Shown one piece after another: positions 1 through 12,727 of a DNA stretch of 64,000 nucleotides. Positions within the stretch are counted from its first letter, which is position 1; each line of letters starts with the position of its first letter. Under the pieces are notes generated by a model. It saw nothing but the letters and a program-made list of their open reading frames with translations. It was not told the DNA's origin and made no database searches. Origin of the DNA: Heterodontus francisci (Eukaryota); the NCBI RefSeq assembly GCF_036365525.1, contig NC_090375.1:96474512-96538511 (forward strand), written 5' to 3'. Position numbers and translations under genes: made by a program.

Positions 1-1953
1 GCACTGTAAATGCGCAGCACTGTGGCATTGGGATGACATAGTTACACGGCCATTCAGCCATCTCAATGCAGCATTCACCCATCACAGAATATGGGGTTCG
101 GGTACATGCAAACTGTTCACTTCAATTTAGTCATTGTTGCTTGGTGTTGCCTCATGCATGGGTCTACAACCTGGACTCACATTTCATGGGTGCCTTTTAA
201 TTCTGAATCATGGAGTGACCCTTCCTTATTCATTCCTCTGCTGCCTTTGTTGCTGTAGAACCCCTCCTTTTTGCCTTTGTCTTCAACCTGCCTGATGCCT
301 GCACATGTGCGTTTAAAAATTGCAACTGTATGCACGATGCTGGCGCTAGGATCTGTCCGTTACTGTTAATTGGCCAGCTCCTTGCCTGCCTGCAGGCCTC
401 TAATTGGCTGTTTTTGATACAATGCCGTAGGAAGTCCCACCACCTGCCTGTGCGTGCCAATGACCCACATTTCCACCTGATGTTGAGCTGTCCGCCTGAT
501 CGGTAAAATTCAGATTTCAGTCTCATGCAGGAACGTGGCCACAGTGAAAGACTTTGTGGGTCCTTGATTGCTGGAAATGGACTGAAGATCTTCAGCAAGC
601 AATTAACATATTTGGAGGTGGGCAGGTGAGTGTGGTTACTGCTGCCATCTGTGTTCTGGATTCAGAAAAGATTTTGAAAGACCTTCTTGGTTTGCAAATC
701 CTGATGAGTGGGTACCTGCATTATAGGAAACAGATGTTTTCTGTAATGTCTCATTCTGAGACCCTCCAAATTAACATCTCTTCATTTTCTCCTCTTCATA
801 ACAAAGGAATAAATGATTTCCTTTGCAAACTCCATGCTGCCAGTCTACAGCTGTACTTTTTGCAGAGCTAACTAAAAGTAATAGGAAAAGTTCTGATAGA
901 ACATCCAAAGTAACAAATAGACCAACATACAGGCACAGTAGTTACAGCAAACAAAATAGCCTCCTCCAAGCAGTATCTACTTCAAGAACACCTTGCTGGT
1001 GCCCTTACTTTCATTAATATAGTAATTATTTGAGGTAGATTTGGGCAGAAGTTGGGGAAACGGGTTGGAGAGGTTTGCCACACCTACTTGACACCATTTA
1101 AATATGGCAGGCTGGATATCTGATGGGTCTTAAAGGGGACTATCAGCACCTCCCTCTGCAACAGGTCTTCCCAGTATTTCTTGTTGATTCCTCCTCATGG
1201 GAAGAGACAGCAAGAGCCTAATGAACAAGAGAAACCCTCCATCCTCCACATTCCCAGCCCCAGTAGACATTTTTTCTCTATTATTTTCCTAAGTGGAGTA
1301 GATGGGGTAGAGGTATCACCAGCATTCTTTTGGCACTTAGAGCTTGTAGACATTCCACTGAGACTAAGAACACACATGTCCCCATATGGAAGGCAGGTGT
1401 CAAAGTATGTGTGGGAACAGTGCTATCTCTCTTACAGATTTATATCGTTCTGCACAAATATGCCAGTGATAAGGAATACAGCAAAGGCAGGAGCAGCTTT
1501 TGATACTTACCTTGCCACTCTTTGTCAAGTCACTCAATTTCTTACAGGATTGAAGTGACATAGAGGCGGTTGAAAAAGGTGACACTGTTACCGTTGTGAT
1601 AATTGCCCTCTCTTCCTTCCTCCAAATATGCTCTCCTTTCTGCTCCTGACTTCTGGCAATGGCACTTCCAGCTTGCTCTCAGAGAAACTGGCAGACCATC
1701 TTTCTCTTTTTCTCGCTGGCTGGCAATTTTCAGGTTCCAACACTGTATTATCTCCTTGCACGCATGCAAATTTTCACTTGGAGTTGTGAATAATTATGAT
1801 AGTGAGCTAACCCTGGAAATGTGCATGTTGGTAGCATGCTACCAATCCGCCAAGAGTTGCACACCTTTTAAAACACTCTGAACTGAAAATCACCTATTTA
1901 ATTAAATTATAAATAAATCAAATAAAATAATTGCTTTTCAAAAATATGATTAC

Positions 1954-2119
1954 CTTCTTTCAGCATTTTAATAGCAACAGGTACATTGTCATTCCAGATG
2001 CCTTGCCACACTTCTCCATAATTACCAGATCCTATGCACTTTACTAAAGTGAATTCTTCTTTTGGTCTTTCCCATTTGTCCACAGTGTTATATGATAAGT
2101 GACGAAGAGATGGCTTTTT
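1954..2119 (-). CDS. PTK6: PTK6-family kinase exon 4 (linker and kinase subdomains I-II), 166 bp; not in the ORF track
   Basis: tttatcaacag| acceptor. Reads KKPSLRHLSYNTVDKWERPKEEFTLVKCIGSGNYGEVWQGIWNDNVPVAIKMLKE, then G|gtaatc donor. WERPKEEFTL resembles PTK6 WERPREEFTL. GxGxxG and VAIK are intact. No exon 5 found in 1-1953. Confidence 0.94.
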
Positions 2120-2410
2120 CTGTTGATAAATAATTACTGATTTAGGAAGAACATGTCAATTTAGATAAATACCGGTCAGAATGGGATATACAAACATATG
2201 AGCAATAACGGACCGGTAAAGACCCTCTGGTCCATCCACCTTGTAGCTCACAATTGTGATGCTTTGTGTATCATAATATATACTCTGAACCCACCCGAAT
2301 CCATTTGATTTCCTGAGAAGGGCAAAGAAATAGATAAAAATGCAGGCTAATTTGGGGAAAATGTCTGGGAAATTCCTCTCCTATCCATTTCGGTGATCAA
2401 AACTACATTG

Positions 2411-3437
2411 GAACATAAGAACAAGAGTAGGCCTTTTAATCCTTTGAGCCTATTACGTCATTCAGTGAGATCGTGGCTGATCTACGACCTAACTCCAAAA
2501 ACCTGCCTTTGCCCCATATTACTCAACACCTTTGGCTGATGAAAAGTTTTTAATGTCAGTTTTATAATTAGCAGTTGATCTACATCAATTGCCATTTGCT
2601 GAAGAGATTTCCAAACTTCTACTACCCGTTGTGTGAAGAAGTGTTTCCTAATTCCACTCCAGTAAGGTCTGGTACGAATGTTTAGGTTATGTCCCCTAAT
2701 GCTAGACTCCCCAACTAGCGGAAATAGTTTTTCCCAATCTACTTATATGTTCCACTTAATATCTTGAAAACTTCAGTCAACTCACCCCTTGATCTTCTAA
2801 ATTTCAGGAAATACAACACTAGTTTGTTTAATCTCTCCTTGTAGCTTGACCCTTAGACATCAGGGTATCATCTTCGTAAAACTACATTGCACTCCCTCCA
2901 AGGCCAATATATTCTTCCTGAGGTACGGAGCCCAGAACTGCTCGCAGTGCTCCAGGTGTGATCTAACCAGCATGTTGTATAGCTGAAGCATGACTACTAC
3001 CCCCTTGCATTCTATTCCTCCAGATAAAAATACCAGTATTCCATTAGCCTTTTTGATTATTTTCTGTACCTGTTCATGACATTTTAATGATCTGTGTACC
3101 TGGACTCCCATGTCTTTTTGGACGTTCACAGTTTATAGTATTTTACCATTTAGCAAGTACACGGTTCTATCCATTTTAGGTCCAATGTGGATGACTTCAC
3201 ATTTGCCTACATTTAAATCCATTTGCCACAGTTTTTCCCATTCACTTAATCTATCCATTTTGCTTCCATTATTACTGCTTACTATACCACCTATCTTTGT
3301 GTCAGCAGCAAATTTGGATATGTGACTTTCTATCTCAGCATCTAAGTCATTAATGAATAGTGAATAGTTGAGGCCCCAAAACAGATCCTTGCGGGATACT
3401 ACTAGACACATCCTGCCAATTAGAGTACCTGCCTATG
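2411..3437 (-). mobile_element. CR1 LINE, 5'-truncated and degraded
   Basis: RT fragments FINDLD...SKFAADTK and LVRSHLEHCEQFWAPY in broken frames; CR1-type 3' stem and tail near 2411-2445. Confidence 0.88.
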
Positions 3438-3494
3438 GTCCAGGAGATCACTCTGGCTCCGAATTCCCTGAAGTACCTATTTTTATTAAGTGGC

Positions 3495-3815
3495 CGTCAG
3501 GCAAGCCCCGCACCTGCCAAGAATGAGGAAAATTAATTTCGCCACATGAACATTGATTTTGAACTGTTGTTGGTGAAGAAAGAACTTATTTTTAAAAAAA
3601 ATTGAAGACTTTGGCTGGAGAGAGACATTAGCATATCAATAGACAGTACTTCAAAGGACAAAGGGGCTATTCCCTCCTCCAATTTAATCCACAATGGACT
3701 TTTAATTCCCAGACATTGAAGGTGGAAAGGCTAGCATTCCAGGTTAACTGCTAAAATGGCCAAATACACAAACAGATGTGGTCGGACCAGTTTGGGTCGA
3801 ATGCTTTTCCTTGAA
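3495..3815 (+). mobile_element. Partial LTR, same family as the solo LTRs at 7529 and 53389
   Basis: gtcaggcaagcccc..cacctgccaagaatgaggaaaattaattt matches the start of 7529 and the reverse complement of about 54000-54317. Confidence 0.7.
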
Positions 3816-3957
3816 GGGTACATGAATATTGTGCATTCGACCTGCCCACATGCACTTATCCAAGTTATACATCAAATGCAAGTCATGAGCCCAATATCAC
3901 AACACGTTAAGATCTGCCCGAAGCCGACAAGCATTGTCTGCATTCCTAATATTCATA

Positions 3958-4775
3958 AAATTATAGAATGATTATAGCACAGAAGGAAGTCATTCAGCCT
4001 GTTGTGTCCACACTGGCTCTCTGCAAGAGTTACTCAGCGAGTCCCACTCCCCTGCCCTTACCCCATAGTCCTGCAAATTTTTCTTTCTTTAGATGCTTAT
4101 CCAATTTTGAAAGCCATGATTCGATCAACCACCACCACATTCTAATGCAGTGCATCCCAGATCCTAACCACTCCCTGAGTAAAAAGATTCTTCCTCATGT
4201 CATCTTTGGTTCTTTTGCTAATCACTTTAAATCGGTGGCTCCCTGGTTCTCCACCCTTCTGCTAATCTACACCTTCCAGACCCCTCATGATTCTGAACAC
4301 CTCTATCAAATCTCATCCCAATCTTCTCTTCTGTAGGGAGAACAACCCCAGCATCTACAATCTATCCAGGTAACTGAAGTCCCTCATCCCTGGAACCATT
4401 CTTGTAAAGCTCTCCTGCACCCTCTCTAAAGCCTTCACATCCTTCCTAAAGTGTGATGCCCAGAATCGGACACAATACTCCAGTTGAGGCCAAACCAGTC
4501 TTTTATAAAGGTTCATCATAACTTCCTTACTTTTATACTCTCTGGCTCGTTTTATAAAGCCCAGGATCCCATATGCCTTTTTAACTACTTTCTCAATGTC
4601 TCCTGCCAACCTCAATGATTTGTGCACATATAACCCCATTTCACTTGCATAGATCTTAGTCTCATTTGCAAATTTGCAGATCGTGCCCCAAACACCTATA
4701 TCCAGATCATTAATAAAAATAGTAAAGAACAACAGTCCCAACACTGATCACTGTGTGATGCCACTGGTGACCTCT
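3958..4775 (-). mobile_element. CR1 LINE 3' fragment with internal deletion
   Basis: FINDLD..CKFANETK joined to LVWPQLEYCVRFWASHFRKD; CR1 3' UTR at about 3960-4030. Confidence 0.85.
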
Positions 4776-5863
4776 CTCCAAATAGGTCTTCCGTTTGTAC
4801 TCTATTTCAAGCTCATCACCACCCAGTGGGGTTAGCCAATTTAACCTCTCCAAATCATGTCCCATTTTCGTGATGTTTGCTCTTCTAAAATCTGGTACTA
4901 GTTGCAGATTCTCAGTACTTTTTGTTCTAAAAACCAACTAAAACCATATAATTTTGTGGTGACTGTTGCCCTGATGTTCCCCTACGTGGAGGCCTGATAT
5001 GAGGTCAGATTTGCTACCAAATAATAGATCTAATTTATGATTAACCCTAGTTATTTCATTAACATGCTGACTCAGGAAACAGGCTGGAATATTTTCACCG
5101 GATAAGTTTATAACATGTTACAGATGAAATTTTAAAATACTGCAGAAAGATTTCACCAAAGAATCATAAAAATTACAGCAAAGGGCATTTTGTCCACTGT
5201 TCCTTTGTCAAGTGGAAGTATCTACTCTAGTCTTATTTTCCTTATATCTTTTCTGTGTTTTTCCTTTGCAAGCATTTCCATAATTTTCTTTTAAGCAATG
5301 ATTTGATTTAACGATTTGATTTAACTGTTACTTTAGCATGCCCATCCTAACATATAGTTGATTGTATATTGTGATACTGTCAAACTGGTAAAATAAAACG
5401 CTGGGAAACACCATTTTTTTCAAGGGTGTAAAGCAGAGGAACCCATTATACCGGATATCTGATATTCTTGTATTTAACTTACACTTCTGCAGTATTTGCC
5501 GATTCATTTTCCTGCATGAATTCACATGATTTGACACTGAATTCATTCCTTACTATTGCCTTTGCCTCTGCTATTAACAAACAATAACCAAAGTGGTATC
5601 ATCACACTGAGCCAGCTAATGGAAACTCTAGGGTCTGGAAATCCATGCCCATGTCCAGCTGGGCATAAGCTGTTCCTATTTTCTCCAGTGGAGTCAATAC
5701 TGGAGGGCATGATCTCACTGGGATTATGTTCTGAGAATTTTTGGGGCCAAGCTAATTAACATCCTGTCACTTTCTCATTTCCTCATAATCCTGAGAGAAC
5801 TGAAAGAACAGCATTTTAAGATTCTGTATAAATTATTTGAATATATTCTGCTTTTGAACTTAC

Positions 5864-6027
5864 CTTTTTGCTTGACCTATTTAATTTAACACCATAGTGT
5901 ATAGCATTATGTTTATAATGCTCAACCAGTTCATGAATCGAGTCAAAATCTGAATCTTTTGTTATGTGAAATCGACCATTTTCCTTTTGCAAAATCACAA
6001 CATGAATGACCGATCCTCCAACAGTAG
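5864..6027 (-). CDS. PTK6: PTK6-family kinase exon 3 (C-terminal half of SH2), 164 bp
   Basis: ttttttttcag| acceptor. Reads (A)TVGGSVIHVVILQKENGRFHITKDSDFDSIHELVEHYKHNAIHYGVKLNRSSKK. AAG|gtaagt donor, phase 0. Confidence 0.93.
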
Positions 6028-6211
6028 CTGAAAAAAAATTCCAATTAATAATCAATCACCACATTTATATTTATATCGGATGCTGTGAATGTTATAATTC
6101 TCGGTGCTGGAGGAAAGACTGGTGTGTTAATTTTCACTTCTATTGCCTGGCAATAATAGTGAGGCAATAGCCTCAAAATGGTAGACATACCACCCCTCTA
6201 ACACCAACAAA

Positions 6212-8425
6212 GAGTCATAGAGTTGTTTACGACATAGAAAGAAGCCATTTGGCCCATCGAGTCCATATTGGTTCTCTGCAGAGCAATCCAGTCAGTCCCA
6301 CTCCTTTATTTGATCCTTGCAGCCCTGCAAGCTTATTTCCTTCAAGTGCCTATCCAATTTTCTTTTAAATTCATTGACTATCTCTGCTTCCACCACCCTG
6401 ATGGGCATCTCTTGCCCAAACAGAAGAACACAAGAAATAGGAGCAGGAATAAACCATATTGCCCATTGAGCCTGCTCTATCATTCAATACGATCATGGCT
6501 GATCTTAGGCTTCAATTCCACTTTCCCGCCCACTCGCCATTTCCCTTGATTCTTTGAGAGACCAAAAATCTGTCTATCCCAGCCTTAAATGTATTCAACG
6601 ATGGAGCATCCACAACCCTCTGAGATAGAGATTTCCAAAGATTCACAACCCTTTGAGTGAAGTAATTTCTCCTCATCTCAGTCCTGAATGATCGGCCCCT
6701 TATCCTGAGAGCATTCTCCGTGTTTTAGATTCCCCGACCAGTGGAAACAATCTCTCAGTGCTACCCTATCCAGACTCTTCAGAATCTTGAATGTTTCAAT
6801 GAGATCATGTCTCATTCTTCTAAACTCCAGAGAATATAGGCCCAATTTACACAGCCTCTCATCATAGGACAACCCCCCCCTCATCCCAGGGACCAATTTA
6901 GCTGTACCACCTCCAATACAAGTATATCCTTTCTTAAATGTGGAGACCAAAACTGAACACAGTACCCCTCACCAAAAGCCTGTACAATAGCAGCATTCCC
7001 AAAACCTTCAATCTGTGTCCCTTGTCCTTGTACGATCAGTTAATGGGAACAGTTTTTCCTTGTCTAATTTATATAAGGCTGACATAATCTTGTACACTTC
7101 TATTAAAACTCCCCTCAATCTCTTTTGCTCCAGGAAGATCAACCCCAGATTTTCCAACCTAACCTTGTAACTAAAATCTGCCATGGAACCATTTTAGTAA
7201 ATGTCCTCTGAACCCTCTCAAGGACCCTCACATCCTTCCAAAAGTGTGGTAACCAGAACTGGACACAATAATCTAGTTGGGACCTAACCAGAACTTTATA
7301 AAGGTTCAGCGAAACTTCCCTGCTTTTGTACTCAATGACTCTGTTTATGAAGCCCAAAATCCCAAATGCTTTACTAACCACTCTTTTTATAGGTCTTGCC
7401 ACCTTCAAAGATAGATGCACATGCATCCCCAGGACCCTCTGTTCCTGCACACTCTTTAGAACTGTGCCATTACGTATATATTGCCTCACCCTATTCCTTC
7501 TAATGCGTTACCTCACACTTGTCTGCATTGTCATGCAGGCTCCCACCTGCCAAGTCTGAGGCATATTAATTTTGTCATATGAACACTGATTTTAAACCGA
7601 TGCTGGGAAGAAGAGAAGGCCTGTTACAATGGCTGCCATACACTTAGCTGAAAAACATTTGCATAATAACACAGTGCTTGTGGAAACAAAAGGACCATTC
7701 CCTGGCACATTCAACCCACAATGAATTTTGATCACCAGACATTGAAGGTTGAAGGAACAGCATTCCAGAGACTGCTAAGGTGATAAAATCCACAAAAGCC
7801 AGGATTGGTTAAACCAGCTAGTCACATGACTAACTGGCTGGTCCAGGGTTTTTTGAACTAGCCACAGAGTTTATGAACTGGGAAAGACTGTTTGCTCCTG
7901 AGTGAGAAGACCTCTCCTGTCTGCTCCCATCTCGTTCTCACAAGCCTTTGGACCCACTGAGGACACATGAGCATCAAGAGAGAAAAGTCTCCTACATCAA
8001 ATAAGGTTTAAGAAGAAAACTGGGCCCCAACAAAAAGCAAGACCTACCTACAATCAAGGACTTTACAGCGAGCTCGAAGAACAGTAACCAAAACCTTCTT
8101 CAGATATTGCCTCAAACTTTTCCACTTTATTTCTTTTGCTCTTTTCTGTCTCTATCTGCATGTGTGCATTGCGTATGCATGCATGGGCACGTCGTGTATC
8201 CGTAGGCTAGTTTCTTTGTCTTATAATTGGAAGTCAGTGAACAAGGATTCACTAAGGGGGAGGTAAAAACATGGTGTGTTTAAAATTAAACCCTGTTACG
8301 GTAAGACCAGGTGAAGGCTGAGAGAGAACCCTAGACCCCGTTCTCATCGGGTCGCAACAGTATTAAATTCAATCTACCACTTGTCTTCCCATTCTGCTAG
8401 TCTATTTATGCCCTGTTGCAGGCTG
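6212..8425 (-). mobile_element. CR1 LINE 3' fragment interrupted by a second CR1 (about 6425-6990) and a solo LTR (7529-8359)
   Basis: 3' tail at 6212-6260; RT C-terminus in ORF 7139-7489. The nested CR1 has its own tail at about 6425-6450 and ORF 6678-6950. Confidence 0.82.
7529..8359 (+). mobile_element. Solo LTR, about 830 bp
   Basis: TGTCA...AACA termini; 4-bp TSD gcat/gtat; removing it rejoins the host CR1. Homologous inverted copy at 53389-54317. Strand is nominal. Confidence 0.85.
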
Positions 8426-9840
8426 TTTTTTTATTCGTTCATGAGATGTGGGCATCGCTAGCTAGGCCAGCATTTAGTGCCCATTCCTAATTGCCCTTGA
8501 GAAGGTGGTGGTGAGTGGCCTTCTTGAACCGCTGCAGTCCATGTGGGGTAGGTACACCCACAGTGCTGTTACGAAGGGAGTTCCAGGATTTTGACCCAGC
8601 AACAGTGAAGGAATGGACATATCATTCCAAGCCAGGATGGTGTATGGCTTGGAGGGGAACTTGCAGGTGGTGATGTTCCCATGCATTTTCTGCCCTTGTC
8701 CTGCTAGGTGGTAGAGGTCACGGGTTTGGAAGATGCTGTCTAAGGAGCCTAGGTGCATTGCTGCACTGCATCCTGTAGATGTTACACACTGCTGCCACTG
8801 TGCGTCGGTGGTGGAAGGAGTGAATGTTTGTGGATGGGGTGCCAATCAAGTGAGTTGCTTTGTCTTGGATGGTGTCGAGCTTCTTGAGTGTTGTTGGAGC
8901 TGCACCCATCCAGGCAAGTGGAGAGCAATCCATCACACTCATGACTTGTGCCTTGTAGATGGTGGACAGGCTTTGGAAGTCAGGAGGTGAATTACTCGCC
9001 ACAGGATTCCTAGCCTCTGACCCGCTCTTGTAGCCATGGTATTTATATGACTACTCCAGTTCCTGGTCAATGGTAACCCCGAGGATGTTGATAGCGAAGA
9101 ATTCAGCGATCGTAATGCCATTGAATGTTAAGGGGAGATGAGCAGATTCTCTCTTGTTGGAGATGGTCATTGCCTGGCACTTGTGTGGCATGAATGTTAC
9201 TTGTCACTTACCAGTCCAAGCCAGGATATTATGCAGGTCTTACTGCATTTCTACCTGGACTGCTTCAGTATCTGAGCAGTTGCGAATGGTGCTGAACATT
9301 GTGCAATCAGTGAACGTCCCCACTTCTGACCTTATGATTGAAGGAAGGTGATTGATGAAGCAGCTGAAGATGGTTGGGCCTAGGACACTGCCCTGAGGAA
9401 CTCCTGCAGTGATGTCCTGGAGCTGAGATGATTGACCTCCAACAACCACAACCATCTTCCTTTGTGCTAGGTATGACTCCAACCAGTGGAGAGTTTTCTC
9501 CCTGATTCCCATTGACTCCAGTTTTGCTAGGGCTCCTTGATGCCATACTTGGTCAAATGCTGCTTTAACGTCAAAGGCAGTCATCTCACCTCTGTCCACC
9601 ATTTACAAGGCACAAGGCAGTCATCTCACCTCACTTCTTGAGTTCAGCTCTTTTTTCCATTTCTGAACCAAGGCTGTAATGAGGTCAGGGGCTGAGTGGC
9701 CCTGACAGAACCCAAACTGAGCTTCACTGAGCAGGTTATTGCTGAGTAAGTGCCGCTTGATAGCACTGTTGACAACTCCTTCCATCACTTTACTGATGAT
9801 TGAGAGTAGACTGATGGGGCGGTAATTGGCCGGGTTGGAC

Positions 9841-10167
9841 TTTATTTTATTTTTTATTTAGAGATACAGCACTGAAACAGGCCCTTCGACCCACCGAGTC
9901 TGTGCCGACCAACAACCACCCATTTATACTAACCCTATAGTAATCCCATATTCACTACCACCTACCTACACTAGGGGCAATTTACAATGGCCAATTTACC
10001 TATCACCTGCAAGTCTTTTGGCTGTGGGAGGAAACCGGAGCACCCGGCGAAAACCCACGCGGTCACAGGGAGAACTTGCAAACTCCGCACAGGCAGTATC
10101 CAGAATCGAACCCTGGTCCCTGGAGCTGTGAGGCTGTGGTGCTAACCACTGCGCCACTGTGCCGCCC
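9841..10167 (-). mobile_element. HE1-like tRNA-derived V-SINE, full length
   Basis: Reverse complement starts GGGCGGCACAGTGGCGCAGTGG (A box), then GGTTCGATTC (B box), central domain, CR1-like tail gaagggcctgtttcagtgctgtatctct and (TAAA)n. Confidence 0.9.
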
Positions 10168-10213
10168 GCTCTTTTTGTACCTGGGCAGTTTTCCACATTG
10201 CCAGGTAGATACC

Positions 10214-10371
10214 TGGTATGGGTGGGTGGGGGGGAAATGTAGGGACGGGTGGGGATGTGGTAGGAATATGGGTTTAATGTAGGATTGGTGTAGATGGGTG
10301 GTTGATGGTCAGTGCGGACTCGGTGGGCCGAAGGGCCTGTTTCAGTGCTGTATCTCTAAACTAAAACTAAA
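10214..10371 (+). mobile_element. HE1-like SINE 3' fragment
   Basis: gggccgaagggcctgtttcagtgctgtatctctaaactaaaac tail; flanked by an atacc direct repeat. Confidence 0.8.
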
Positions 10372-10697
10372 CATACCAATGTTGTAGCTGTACTGGAACA
10401 GCTTGGCTAGGGACGCGGCAAGTTCTGTAGCACAGGTCTTCAGTATTATTCCCTGAATGTTGTCAGGGCCCATAGCCTTTTCAGTTTCCAGTGCCTTCAG
10501 TCATTTCTTGATATCATGTGGAGTGAATCGAGTTGGCTGAAGACTGGCATCAGTGATGCTGGGGACCTCGGGAGGAGGCTGAGACGGATCAACCACGCAG
10601 CACTTCTGGCTGTAGCTTGTTGCAAATGCTTCAGCCTTATCTTTTGAGGATGGGGATTTTTGTGTTGTTAGTTGTTTAATTGTCCACCACAATTCAT

Positions 10698-12727
10698 GTT
10701 CATATCATCCTCATTGTTTGCTACTCCTCCAAGTTTGGTATCATCAGCAAATTTTGAAATTCCACTCTATATTGCAAGATCCAAGTCAGTTATATATACC
10801 AATAAAATGCAGTGGTCCTAGCAGTGACCCTTGAGGAACACCACTGTCTACCTTCCTCCAGTCTGAAAAACAACTATTTACCGCAACTCACTGTTTTCTG
10901 TCCTTAAGCCAATTTGTTTTTATCCAATTGGACACTGTTCCACCTATTGCATGAGCCTTAATTTTATTAACCAGCCTTTTATGTGGCACTTTATCAAATG
11001 CTTTCATAAAATCCATATAAACAACATCCACCACATTCCCTTCATCAACCTTCTCTGTTACTTCATCAAAGAATTCAATTAGATTAGTCAAGCAAGATCT
11101 GTCATTTACAAATTCATGCTGGCTATCCTTAATTAATTCAAACCTCTCTAAGTACCTGTTAATTTTATCTCCTGATTATTGTTCATATAATCTTACCCAC
11201 TACTGATGTTAAACTAACTGGTCTGTAGTTGCTAGGATTATCCTTACACCCTTTCTTGAATAAGGGTGTCACATTTGCCACTCTCTATTCCTCTGTCACC
11301 TGCTGCATATCCAGGGAAGATTGGATAGCCCTTTGCTATCTCCACCCCCACGTCCTATTGCAACCTGGGATGCAAGCCATCTGGACCAGGTGCCTTATCT
11401 ACCCTAAGCATAGCCAGCCTTTCCAGTACCTCTTCCCTCTCAATTTTTACCCTATCCATTGCCTCTACTCTCTACTCTCTCCACTTCGATCGATATTTTG
11501 TCAGATTCCTCTTCCTTAGTAAACACTGATGCAAAGTACTCATTAAGTATATGAGCCTTGCCCTGTGCCTCTAAGTATATATTGCCCTCTTTGTCCCTAA
11601 TAGGCCCCACTCCACCTCTTACTGCTCGCTTACTATTTACATACCGGTAGAAGATCTTTGGGTTCCCTTTTATGTTAACTGCCATTCTATTCTCATATTC
11701 TCTCTTTGCCAGTCTTATTTTCCTCTTCACCTCGCCTCTTAATTTATTGTATATGGCCTGGTTCTCACTTGAAGAATTCACCTGACATACATCATACATA
11801 ATCGACATACATAATCTCTATCTCCCTCATCATCCAAGGTGCCCTGTTTTTGTTCCCCTACCTTTTGCCCTTGTTGGAATGTACCTGGTCTATACCTGAA
11901 GCATCTCTTTTTTAATGATAACCTATTGTTCCATTATAGCTTTTCCTGTCAGTCTACTGTTCTATTTTATCCTGGTTCGATCCCTTCTCATTGCATTGCA
12001 ATTAGCCCTCTTCCAATCTAACTGTTCTACCTACCTTGTTCTTTGTTTTCTGCATTACAAGTGTAAACCTTATGATACGATGATCACTCTTATCCATGTG
12101 CACCCCGACAGACACTTGGTCCACTTGGCCCACCTCATTTGCCAGCACCAGATCCAACAATGCCTCCTTTCTAGTTGGGCCGAAAAATTACTGATCAAGG
12201 AAGGTCTCCTTAATGCATTTGAGGAATTCCTCCTCCTCCTCACCTTTTACTCTAAAATTATCCCTATCGATATTTGGGCAATAAAAGTCCCCCCGGTATC
12301 TCCACTCCATAGTTCTTTCACATCTCTGTGATTTCCCTGCAGATTTGCTCCTCTATCTCTCTCTCACATTATTTGGAGGCCTATAGAATAACCCGAGTAG
12401 CTTGATCAGACCCTTTTTGCTTCTCAACTCTAACCAAATGAAATCGGTTCTTGCCCCCTCAAGGACATCCCCTCTTTCCAACACTACAATGTCTTCCCTA
12501 ATCAGTACTACCACCCCACCTCCCTATTCTCCTTCTCTGTCCTTTCTGAACACTTTATATTCTTGTATATTAAGCACCCAGTCCTCACCATTTTTAAGCC
12601 ACGTTTCTGTTATCGCCACTTCATATGTCCACACTGCTATTTGCGCTTGTAGCTCACCAGCATTATTTACCAAACATTGTGCATTAGAATGCATGCATTG
12701 TAATCCTGTCTTTGCATTCACCATAGC
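10698..12727 (-). mobile_element. CR1 LINE ORF2 fragment (endonuclease to RT), degraded
   Basis: VAITETWLK (APE endonuclease), NPKIFYRYV, TNLIEFFDEV..VVYMDFMKAFDKVPH. Confidence 0.9.

Larger units (their letters stand above)
8426..10697 (-). mobile_element. 5'-truncated copy of the tRNA-headed single-ORF LINE family (see 50162), interrupted by two SINEs
   Basis: RT DVKAAFDQVWH..GVPQGSVLGP..CFINHLP; 3' end gggcaattaggaatgggcactaaatgct plus A-tail, as in the 50162 copy. Confidence 0.88.

Noticed and set aside
1-1953. Possible kinase exon 5 (minus-strand donor near 1510, acceptor near 716)
   Set aside because: The frames I translated next to these sites show no kinase subdomain III-V motifs; exon 5 probably lies outside the window.
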